From the NCBI RefSeq assembly GCF_039654945.1, contig NW_027361690.1:96782001-96846000 (forward strand): a stretch of DNA of 64,000 nucleotides. Reading direction: 5' to 3'. A program made the position numbers and the translations under genes. The notes under the pieces are model-generated. The model was not told the origin of the DNA. It saw only the letters and a program-made list of their open reading frames with translations, and ran no database searches. Numbering within the stretch: the first letter of the stretch is position 1; each line of letters begins with the position of its first letter. This stretch comes from Dendrobates tinctorius. Taxonomy: Eukaryota. Of the stretch, positions 26,225 to 36,433 are shown in pieces.

Positions 26225-26405
26225 CCAACCCTAACCCCAACACACCCCTAACCCTAATCCCAACCCTAATCCTAATTCTAACCCTAATCCTAATTCGCCC
26301 TAACCCTAATTCTAACCCTAATTCTAGCCCTTACCCTAGTCATAACCCTACCCCTAATCCTAGCCCTAACCCTAGTCATAACCCTAGCCATAACCCTAGC
26401 CCTAA
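26225..26405 (+). repeat. Degenerate telomere-like (CCCTAA/CCCTAG) tract inside element C
   Basis: Direct reading; equivalent tracts in elements A, B, D, E, F. Confidence 0.9.
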
Positions 26406-27964
26406 TGGAAAAAAAATAATATTTTCTTTATTTCATTATATTTGCCTAACTAAGGGGGTGATTTACTATTTTTTTTATTTTGATCACTATGATAGTTTAT
26501 CATAGTGATCAAAATGAATGAATGGAATCTGCCAGCCAGAGCCTGCAGATTCCCGGCGGGCGCACTGCGCATGCGCCCGCCATTTCCCCGGATCCAAGAT
26601 GGCGGCGCCCACTGGAGGACGCTGGCGGGACGCAGGACCACCGGGAGGGGACCCTGGACCACGGAGAGGTATCGTGGGGGATCGGGGACCCTATTTCTCT
26701 CTCCTCTGATGTGCAATCACATCAGAGGAAAGAGAAATTAAATGCAAAATCGCAACTTTTTTTGCGATCGCCGTTATAGGGTTAATAACGGCGATTGCAA
26801 AAGCGGGGTCGGTAAAAACCGACCCGATTCATGTTCTCTGGGGTCTTGGCAAACCCCTGCAGCCGAGACCCCGGAGAAAATCCGACACTGGGGTATTTTC
26901 TTACTTGTGGTTTAAGTACCCTTAATTACCGCCGTTAAAAGGCGTATCGGCGGTTGTTAAGGGGTTAAGGGACGTAAAGGCACTTTTAACCTCTGATCTG
27001 ATAGCTGATCTCAACTCTGAGGCGAAGTCTGGGGTTTCCTCAAATATTGCATGTCCTATGCAAGAACAAAGCTTCTTGTCCCAGGATACCGGCAATGCTG
27101 TTGCACATAGGGCAACACCTATGTTTAATTTTTCCCGATCTCTTTTTTCCCTAAAATTAGGAGAGAAGGGGACCCCAATTGCATAGTGAACTTTCACAAA
27201 GATCACTGACCCCTATGGCGTAGCCGCAGGTACCGATTCAGGAGGAGGGATAAGATCTGAAACGGGTTCTTTCAATGATGATGATTTCTCCCTCGTGTTC
27301 CTGCTGCAATATTTGGAGTGACTGCTGGTTTTCCGCTTGTCTGTGGAAAGACATCTCTCCTGTGGCTCTGGCTGGAGCTGCTGATCGCTGTCCTCCATGA
27401 TACTGCAGGACTGCATTCAGGAGGGAGCGCTTGTACACCCACTTTTGAATTTGCTGGCCAGCCTCGTCACTTCCGGTTCCCCTACAGCAGCCAAGTCACT
27501 AGGGAGCCTCTCACTGCGCATGTGCCCGCCGGGAACCCAGAAGCCCGGCTTTTACTTCTGGAGAGGCGGCCATCTTGCATCTACCTTCAGGACACGCGCT
27601 TCACGCGCGTGTCCTCCCGGGAATCCGGCAGCCCCTGCGGCCACTCTGGAGCGACAGCCGCGCATACCCCTGCTCACCCTCCAAGACCCGGCAGTCCTAA
27701 CAGTGGCAGCCTCAGGCATCGCAACAGCCTTGACAGGGGCTCCCCGCTGCTGGAACTTCAATGTCTTCCTGCAGGTACCGCACACTGAAGGTTCCCCATC
27801 AGGGATAGGAAACCAACTGATGCGAGAGACAGGTACCGCCCCTTTATCTGTAGGTTCCCTTTCCGTGAAGGGCGGATCCCCTCTCTCCGTCGTGCTGTCA
27901 TGGGGGATAGAGAAATACTATTCTAGATGAGGATAAACTATATTCAACTGAGTTAAATACTCAC

Positions 27965-28246
27965 TTTTTGATGATGTTCTTCGCCTCTATGCTGGAGGGT
28001 TTGAATAGTACTCGATGGCATTTGGATTTGCTGGTAATCATGAAGTTTAAAATGATGCCAAATGCATACTGGTTGCCTCCAGCATCATACTCCTCCTCAG
28101 CCATCATCTCAGTAGCAATAAATCCTGGAGTTCCAGCATATCCAGTGGATATCTGTTCTCCATAGATGTTCTCTAATGCCAGACCAAAGTCGGCAATCTT
28201 TATATGACCTGTTTCAGCCACCAAGATGTTAGAAGGCTTGGGAGCT
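27965..28246 (-). pseudogene. PKC-delta-like kinase exon (subdomains VIb-X), copy 1
   Basis: [21 protein letters not shown]...AGTPGFIATE; AG/GT boundaries; catalytic DLK mutated to APK. Confidence 0.9.
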
Positions 28247-28599
28247 CTGTAAAATAAAGAAAGGAATTAGTTGGCTGTGTGTAATGGTGATTTATACTTA
28301 GAATATTGCAATATGTCACATCGTAAACACGACCTCTGAGATTATCAAAAATCGTCTAGTTTACACAAGAATTGGGAGGTCCTTCATGTGTTTTTAGATA
28401 ACTTTATGTGGGCTTTCAAATCTCTTGCACTAAGGAGAGGCTTCCATCAGGCCACTCTGCCATAAAGGCCCGACTGGTGGAGGGCTGCAGTGTTGCTCCT
28501 CTGCATGTCTGTTCTGATCTCTGCTCTTGATGATCGATTACTCTTGATCATCCTCTTGGTAATCTTCTTGATGGTCTTCCTCTGGATGGTCTTCTCAGG

Positions 28600-28783
28600 G
28601 CTTCGGAGAACAGTTAGCCTTAATGATGTTACGGCTTTTGTGCACTTCCAGGGTTTTCTAGTTGACAAATGTGAACCCTGTGAATATGGCCTGGTGGTTT
28701 ACTTATAATGCCTTGTTGTTAGCCTCTTCTGCCTCCATCATATTAAGAGAAAATGACCTGGAGCTGCATCAGATGTTGTCTGA
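28600..28783 (-). pseudogene. PKC-delta-like C-tail exon (hydrophobic motif), copy 2
   Basis: After ttcttatag acceptor: ...HQAIFTGFTFVN with in-frame stops. Confidence 0.75.
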
Positions 28784-29218
28784 CTATAAGAAATAAAGCA
28801 TGGTGATATGATTATGGTATCTTCTCATGACTGCACTGACTAAAAGCTTAAAGAAGACTAACTATGTAATATACAGGGGGTGTACATAAATTGTAAGATC
28901 ATTAATGTTATATTAGTATCATAGCACATGCCTAGAAGAGTAGTGGGACTTTTACAGCTAAATTTTATTAGAACCATTATAACCAGTTGGTACCATGAAG
29001 CTCATAGGTCCCTTGAAAAATCTTTAAAATGGCCCCAAACTATCACAGGTCTTTAATGGTATTGGTCCCCTAAGGCTTCTATGCCTGGATGTGACTGCAA
29101 TCCCAATAATAGTTTTACCCCTAAACCACAAACCTGAAAATACATACACCCCATGTGTAACAGAGTCTATATAAAATACTTTCCTAGGAATCAGTACAAT
29201 TCCAGTTCTAACACTTAC

Positions 29219-29347
29219 TGGTCCAGGTATGTATGGTGGTCACATGCTAAGGACTTGGACTGAGTCCCAATTAATATGCTGGAAAAACCTATGGGTTCTG
29301 ATGTTTCCATTTACTCCTAGGCGCATGGCACGATCTTCCCGGAGGAG
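29219..29347 (-). pseudogene. PKC-delta-like kinase exon (subdomain XI), copy 2
   Basis: LLREDRAMRLGVNGNIRTHRFFQHINW...M*PPYIPGP, AG/GT bounded. Confidence 0.85.
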
Positions 29348-29607
29348 CTGCAAGTAAAACAAATATTACTTAGTGACTAGAACTACTATTAAACCACAAG
29401 ATCTCCAACTACTGATTATTTTTAACTGAAGATAAGTGACCGACTGATAAATAATGGATCAAAATAATCAACTATGAAATGGTAGGATGCACATTACTTG
29501 GGTGGACAAGGAAGACACTTGGAAATTAAGCTATTATAGCAGATGATTATTCCCAAAATAGTGTTCTAGATGAGAATGAAATATATTCAACTAAGTTAAA
29601 TACTCAC

Positions 29608-29889
29608 TTTTTGATGATGTTCTTCGCCTCTATGCTGGAGGCTTTGAATAGTCCTCGATGGTATTTGGACTTGCCGGTAATTATGAAGTTTAAAATTATG
29701 CCAAATGCATACCAGTCGCCTCCAGCATTGTACTCCTCCTCAGCCATCATCTCAGGAGCAATGTATCCTGGAGTTCCAGCATATCCGATGGCTGTCTGTT
29801 CTCAATAGATGTTCTCTAATGCCAGACCGAAGTCGGCAATCTTTATATGACCTGTTTCGGCCACCAAGATGTTAGAAGGCTTGAGATCT
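29608..29889 (-). pseudogene. PKC-delta-like kinase exon (VIb-X), copy 2
   Basis: DLKPSNILV...DFG...GTPGYIAPE...DWYAFG with in-frame TGA; 1643 bp from copy 1. Confidence 0.9.
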
Positions 29890-29950
29890 CTGTAAAATAA
29901 AGAAAGGAATTAGTTGGCTGTGTGTAATGGTGTTTTATACTTCGAATATT

Positions 29951-31339
29951 TGTTACACCCACAGGGCGTGAAGATGTATAGTGGACCCACTAGACCACTG
30001 AAGGTGCAGTGGTAGCTGTATACCCGATACACAAGAGACAGGAGAAGAGCATCAAATAAACTAAAGATGTTTATTAAATGAAGCAAACAAATGGACAAGA
30101 TGCCTGAGGGAAGAACCCTCTGGACCACGACACAGAACCACGTGAGAGACAAGGACTGGGTCCTGTAGAGGTCACAACCATAGGATGCAGCACTGGGGGC
30201 TGAAGGACTGGGGATGCAGCAACTGGCAGTACTTTAGTTAACTGGTCCTCCACGGAGGTCATGTAGTCCAACAAGCGGGTCTGCATCTCTAGTTGGTGAG
30301 TAAGTTCCAGATGGAGCTCTGCTAGCTGGGTGGCGTTGGTGGGCTCGGCAGCCTGTAGAGTAGACAGACGGGTATCCAAAGTTTGCATAAAGGCCACTAG
30401 CTGATCCTGACTCTGTTGAAGCACAGCCAGCTCACCCTAGGCTGAGTATCGGGTATCAGCGGAGTCCATGGCCTGAACAAACTGTTACACCCACAGGGCG
30501 TGAAGATGTATAGTGGACCCACTAGACCACTGAAGGTGCAGTGGTAGCTGTATACCCGATACACAAGAGACAGGAGAAGAGCATCAAATAAACTAAAGAT
30601 GTTTATTAAATAAAGCAAACAAATGGACAAGATGCCTGAGGGAAGAACCCTCTGGACCACGACACAGAACCACGTAGTGGAGCACCGGGCAAGGTGTACC
30701 CCTATACAGGGGCTCCCCCGTCGCGACACCAGATGACCTTAATGCCGCGATGCCCGGACCAGAGGGACGACCCATACAGACCGTATAGAGGAGGTGGTGA
30801 GAGACCTGGAAGGTCTGAGTAATCACAGAAAGGCTGATCTAGCCTGCGATGGTCACTGGAAGATTCCAAGAGGAAAGCCTTGGTCAGTCTGGGGTAGGAA
30901 CCGGAGTGTCCAGAGGGATCCAGGAGCGGGAACTGCCAGCAGAGGATTCTGAGGAGACAGAGATATTTAAAATATTGCAATGGCATTCAGAACGCAGAGC
31001 AAAAGCAGAGTGTGGCCTGAGTGGGAGGCAGGGATCCCACAGAATGAACACATTGTTCAGGCAACTCCCTCTTGAGGGAGGATGCCTTTTATGCACATCA
31101 CAGCACAGACAGCCCTAATAGACAACAGGTGCCCTGCTGTTTTAAGTATGTGCAGGAAGCCGGGCAAGCCTCCTAAGAGCATAACCAGGAGACCTGCCAA
31201 GAGGATGCAAGTTCTTAGCAGAGAAAGAGCCGCTGATTGTCTGGAGCCACGGACAGGGTGAGTAGTAGCAGTGGAGCTGCGAGATAGGCGCCGGTCTCCC
31301 TGCGCAGCAGAGACCGTGCCTGCGGCTGAGGGCATGACA
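29951..31339 (-). mobile_element. Internally deleted gypsy element: full 5' LTR (30483-31339), gag start, last ~195 bp of 3' LTR
   Basis: TG..CA ends, ATATT TSD (29946-29950, 31340-31344); direct repeat 29951-30143 vs 30483-30673; empty site visible at ~28300. Confidence 0.9.
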
Positions 31340-31483
31340 ATATTGCAATATGTCACATCGTAAACACAACCTCTTAGATTATCAAAAATCGTCTAGTTTA
31401 CACAAGAATTGGGAGGTCCTTCATGTGTTTTATTAGATAACTTTATGTGGGCTTTCATATCTCTTGCACTAAGGAGAGGCTTC

Positions 31484-32700
31484 TGGGTCGCCCTCCCAGG
31501 GCTGCGGGGTACTCGTTACCGGGCCCGATGAGCCTCAATGGGAGATGTCACAGCAGCTGGGACCCGGCCCGTGGCCCTGGGCGCTCATTGTACAAGGGGA
31601 AATGTTCAGTGTTCTTATGATGATTAGAATGAATGAGTCGTGACGCCACCTGTGGTGTTCGGCAATGAAGATGTTAAGCCGACGCTGCAGACAGATCCTC
31701 TGGGACAGATGGTGTGGTGCAGGGCTGAAGTCCCAGAGCAGAGTAGGTGAAGTGACACTTAGATGGTGTAGTGTCGGGCGCAGGGGATGTAGCAGTGCTG
31801 GGCAGGTTGACGCAGGAATAAGTGGAGGACACCAGGGCATGTAGTTCCAAAGCTTTACTCACAGTCTGTTGTGGCACAAGAGCCCGCATCCGTCCCGTGT
31901 CCTCCGGGTCAGGAGCTCAGCCAACTTCCAGGCAAGATGAAGTACTCCTTTCCAACACTCCGCCAACGTATGTGCTTTTTCTGAACGTCTCCCTCTTAGC
32001 GCCTTTAGTGAAGTACTCACAGTACTGAGTTACACTGGAGTTCCTCCTGTCAGATGTTCCTATGAACTCTACTTGTACGGCAGACAGCTGTAGCCTGCTT
32101 CGGGGACTCCTTACTACCTAGTACCGGCTCACTATCGATGCTGTTGTGCCCCCAAGTTTGGTGTGGGAATAAAGTGGTGACAACTTCTATTCCTCCGGTG
32201 TCTGCTGCAGGACCATTAGTATTCGTACAACCTTGGGGACCGGACCCCGGCCTTGCGCTTAGAACTTGGGAAGGGTTCTCCTCTAACCCTAATCCTTAGT
32301 TCTCTTCTTCTCCTCATGTTCCGTACTAATCCTTTCTTTCTTATGGAGAGTCAGGCTTTCTATCAAAGTTCCTTTCCTGTGCCAGCAGACCCAGATCACT
32401 GAGGTTGGCTGCAGCACTCCCTTCATCTATCCCACTCCGGGGATCTCCTCTCTCAGACTGACCTCGTCAGACTCCTGTGACAAACTGCCTGAATCCTAAA
32501 CTCTTCCCGCTCTTTTGATGCAAAACTAAACTCCACCCGCCTCCCAGCACACTTCGTGTTCCAAGCAGGGAGCCACCATAGGGTGCTTTGCTACACTACT
32601 ATGTTGTGTGGGATACAGGTGTTGGATCGTGCTCAGGTGTCTCCACCTTACCTGGATGGTGCAGTACCTCTGTGGCGACTGAACCCTCAGGGGCGCCACA
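31484..32700. repeat. Solo LTR (1217 bp)
   Basis: TG...CA, CTTC TSD (31480-31483, 32701-32704); empty site at ~28441; terminus related to LTR at 63469. Confidence 0.85.
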
Positions 32701-32869
32701 CTTCCGTCGGACCACTCTGCCATAAATGCCCGACTGGTGGAGGGCTGCAATGTTGCTCCTCTACATGGCTGTTCTGATCTTTGCTCTTGATGATCCATTG
32801 CTCTTGATGATCCTCTACTCTTGATGATCGATTACTCTTGATGATCCTGTCTCTTGGTAATCTTCTTGA

Positions 32870-33078
32870 TGGTCTTCCTCTGGATGGTCTTCTCAGGGCT
32901 TCGGAGAACAGTTAGCCTTAATGATGTTACAGTTCTGGTGCACTTCCAGGGTTTTCCAGTTGACAAATGAAAACCCTGTGAATATGGCCTGGTGGTTTAC
33001 GTATAAGGCCTTGTTGTTAGCTTCTTCTGCCTCCGTCATATTGAGAGCAAATGACCTTGAGCTGCGCTGGATGTCTGA
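32870..33078 (-). pseudogene. PKC-delta-like C-tail exon, copy 3
   Basis: HQAIFTGFSFVNW; paralogous to 28600-28783. Confidence 0.75.
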
Positions 33079-33726
33079 CTATAAGAAATAAACCACCAAA
33101 ACCAAGAACCAAGAAAACCGACTAAAAGTCCAAAGTGTGAGTATAAAATTTAATCTTTATTAGTACATCAGGGTTAAAAAATGGTGTGTGATCAAAGATT
33201 CATAAATAGAAATAATGCAAATCTATATGCCATGAAAGATAAAAATAATGCAAATCTATATGCCATAAAAGATAGGGTGCACATTCATAAAAGAATTGAT
33301 GTGGATATCACTAAAAATACATGGATATACAAAATATATATACATGGTTAAAAGTGATAGTACATATATACAGTAAAAATAAAAAATGTATAAAATAAAG
33401 TGCAAAAATCAGGTGCAAAATTCAGTGCAAAAAGGTGCAACATATACATAGATATGTGCAAAGTAATAAGAAGGCTATAAGTTAAAGTGATATGGTGCAA
33501 TAATCAAAGACACCACCGGGTGTCAGTATATCCAGACACAGTACAAAAAATTGATGTCAGCATATGCTGAATAACATAGTGAAAGAATGATATACAGATA
33601 TCAATATGTACACATCAAGTATATGAGGGCCAGTACATGTAAAAATCAGTGAGGAAAAATAATTATTATAATGTATTGATAACAGCAAGTAATTCACTAA
33701 ATATTGTTAACTGCTCCTGGTCTCCT

Positions 33727-33765
33727 CCCCAACGCACGTTTCGTCCCGCAGCCTTCATCAGGGGG
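33727..33765 (-). ncRNA. Type I minimal hammerhead ribozyme
   Basis: CCCC CTGATGA AGGC TGCGG GAC GAAA CGTGCG TT GGGG; stem I 4 bp, one mismatch in stem II. Confidence 0.8.
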
Positions 33766-34333
33766 CGGCGCCAATAGGAGAGAGGGGAGTTTAAGTATGA
33801 TAAGTGGCCAATAAGCTAATGGGGGTGTGTAAACAGTGACTAAATGAAACCGAAAGTACACACGTCATAAATGCGGCCACTGCTCATGGCAGGAAGTAAA
33901 CTATGCTGAATCCAATGCTGTCAGCGTCCACATAGATTACACTGCGCGTGAGCAGGAAGTTCATGACCAACAATGGTCATGTGATGCTCAGATAGCTTCC
34001 TTAACTACGGGATAAACAGAACTGACTAAGCATTGAGCGCTGTGTGACACGCACAGAGCAGGGAGAGGAGGGGAGACAGAGCATGACATGTCACACAGAC
34101 CAGCAGCAATGGACTTGTCACTGGGTTGTGAAAAGACGCGTCAATGAACGGAAACCACCAACCACCCTGTCCAATGCGCGTACCGCAAACTGCCAGCAGT
34201 TCCATAAATTGTTAGGGACATATAAAAATAATTAAGGCATAATATATTATAGACAAAGGTCACTAGGCATTATATAAAAGACACAATATTAATGGCAATA
34301 TATAATGAATATACACAAAAGGAGATACATAGA

Positions 34334-34952
34334 TGTTAGGCTGGCGGAACGCACCAAATAAAATAATAGTAAGGTGCGTTCGCAGCCCAGGGTCCACCGT
34401 GCAGAGGTGGTAAACTGTTGCTTAGTAATGGTGGATGGATATAGCGGTATACAACAGGTCACACGCTGATTAACGTCACCCGGTGTGAAGAGGAGCGGAC
34501 TCTGTTACGTCACAGAGCCGCAGTACTGCGGAACATAAATGCCAGAGCCTGTTAAGACACACAGCACTCGGCAAGAGAGCGCTGAGTATATGGTCACAGA
34601 ACTCAGCCCCAAGGACACGAGGTCTGAGTCCCTCTAGACCTACTGAGCGTGCGGCATCGCGCCTGCAGATGCCTCTAATGAACACTAACCACCGAGGAGT
34701 GCAGGCTATGTGCACCATGGCGTACAGACAAAGCCACCGGTGGATGCTGATTCCAGTCTCTGACTGCCTCTACCTGGACCTCAGCCTGGGCGCTAGCAGG
34801 CTAGGCTACACAACACATGCGTACCAAGGGTAGGGGTTTCATAATGAGTCTTTCACCAGAGACATTCATACATGCATACAACACTCACTCCACATGTTCT
34901 AATCTTTTTCTATATTAGCGTATGGCCGGGCGGCCATGTGAACCTTTTATAG
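34334..34952. repeat. Truncated LTR related to 50594-51650
   Basis: TGTTAGGCTGGCGGAACGCACCAAATAA start and shared internal blocks. Confidence 0.75.
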
Positions 34953-36433
34953 TTCACTTAAGCAAAATTTTTTTTTTTTGTTCAGGAAAATGCAATCATA
35001 TAGTGAACATATATTTCCCTTAAAAGCAATCGTTTTAATTCTTCTTTATAAAAAACACCTAACCCAATGTGAAGGGTAATGAAAAAAAAAAAATAAACAA
35101 AAATACAGTAATCCTTCCTACCAAGAACCTATACTATACCTAAACTGACTCCTTCCTTGCCATGGAGGTTGGCACCCAAAGAAACGATTTTTTGGCGCCA
35201 CCACTCAACGTGGACTATCCCTCTCTTCCCTGATATAACCCTATAAATATAGGTGGGAAAACAATATAGCAAAGAAAAGAAATGAAAGAAATAGATCCTT
35301 ATATAATATAACACATTTCATAAGGTAGGCTTGCTACCTAGGACTGGCAGACAAGAACAAAAAACAAAAAAACCAAAACACACACAAAAAACGCCACCAA
35401 TTGCATCAATGGCAAATATCTGATAAAATAATCTTGAAGATACGGCAGCATAATCATATCAATAGATAAAAATATCCCCCAATAGTCAATAAAACTTCAT
35501 CACACTTGAGGGTATCCAAGGAAATAACTCCTCAGCCAAAAGAACACCAAAGCTTTAAATAAAGCAGAACATATGGATATAAACAATTAGAACTTAGCGT
35601 TAGCATGGTTCATCAGGAGGACTAGATGATACGGATGCCATGATGATGCTAGGCATAGCCGACAGTCACAAGGGGGATTTAAATAACCCCCGTTTAATCA
35701 ATCGCCTTAATAAGCTCCGCCCACCTATGGTCGGCGGTATCACATCCAGGTCGTATAATCACTGCATGTCCCACTTCCCCTCGCCTGCGGTCCACGCTGG
35801 CGTGCGTTCCACAGCTCAGCCCCAGGCGCTCCAAGGACTCAAAGGATGCGCTCGGATCATGTGACTCGCGTCACTTCCGGTTTCGGGAGTACAGAGCTCC
35901 TATCATGTGACTATCGTCGCTTCTATTTTTAATAGCCTACAGCTCAATAAACTTGGCGATCTCATCTATTCAGGCTCATTAATGGACCCCAAATTTTCAA
36001 AGTAGCGTTAATGAGAATACATTAATAAATGCAAACAAGCGCATATAAATACATGGTAACCATGGTAATATATAACCACATTGAAATGCTCATTTGCAAT
36101 AAAGATCTCTTTTCAGAGCTAATAAATGAAATCCAGATCAATAGGTATACATATTCAAAACGGTACAAATGAGGAGCAAAACCATGAAACATACCTATAT
36201 TAATATATATATTTCAATCAAGAAGGAGTAACCTTCAGGGAGTAGAGCATGCCTAGTTTTTTTCAAAAATATACATAGAGAACCATAAATTTCTATACAA
36301 TTTCCCACAATCGAGAGCATGTTAGAGAGATCATGATACATGCGTAGTATGTAGCTTCTCGGCATAAGCCCACTAACAATCAGAGGGTAATAGCCAAAAC
36401 AGGAGTTCAAAACAAGCACAGCCAGATATTTAA

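Larger units (their letters stand above)
23619..26964 (-). mobile_element. Non-autonomous piggyBac-type element C (second subfamily), containing a solo LTR
   Basis: TTAA TSD 23615-23618 and 26965-26968; removal restores DIRS gag AFTSL-KQEDK. Confidence 0.9.
10015..27915 (-). mobile_element. DIRS1-type retrotransposon 5' half, split into pieces 26969-27915, 23145-23614, 18623-18855, 17964-18164, 10015-10499
   Basis: Terminus TTTCTCTATCCCCCATGACAGCAC at 27915; gag WDKVPKLDVAVAK, LKDSLDKKAD, ARRALWLKCW, LFGETLD; RT start VGGR..., FYSKLFLVTKPDGSYR...FKME. Confidence 0.88.

Noticed and set aside
27961-28224. Kinase ORF as a functional gene
   Set aside because: Single exon lacking the catalytic Asp; downstream exons are displaced by DIRS; all copies are disabled
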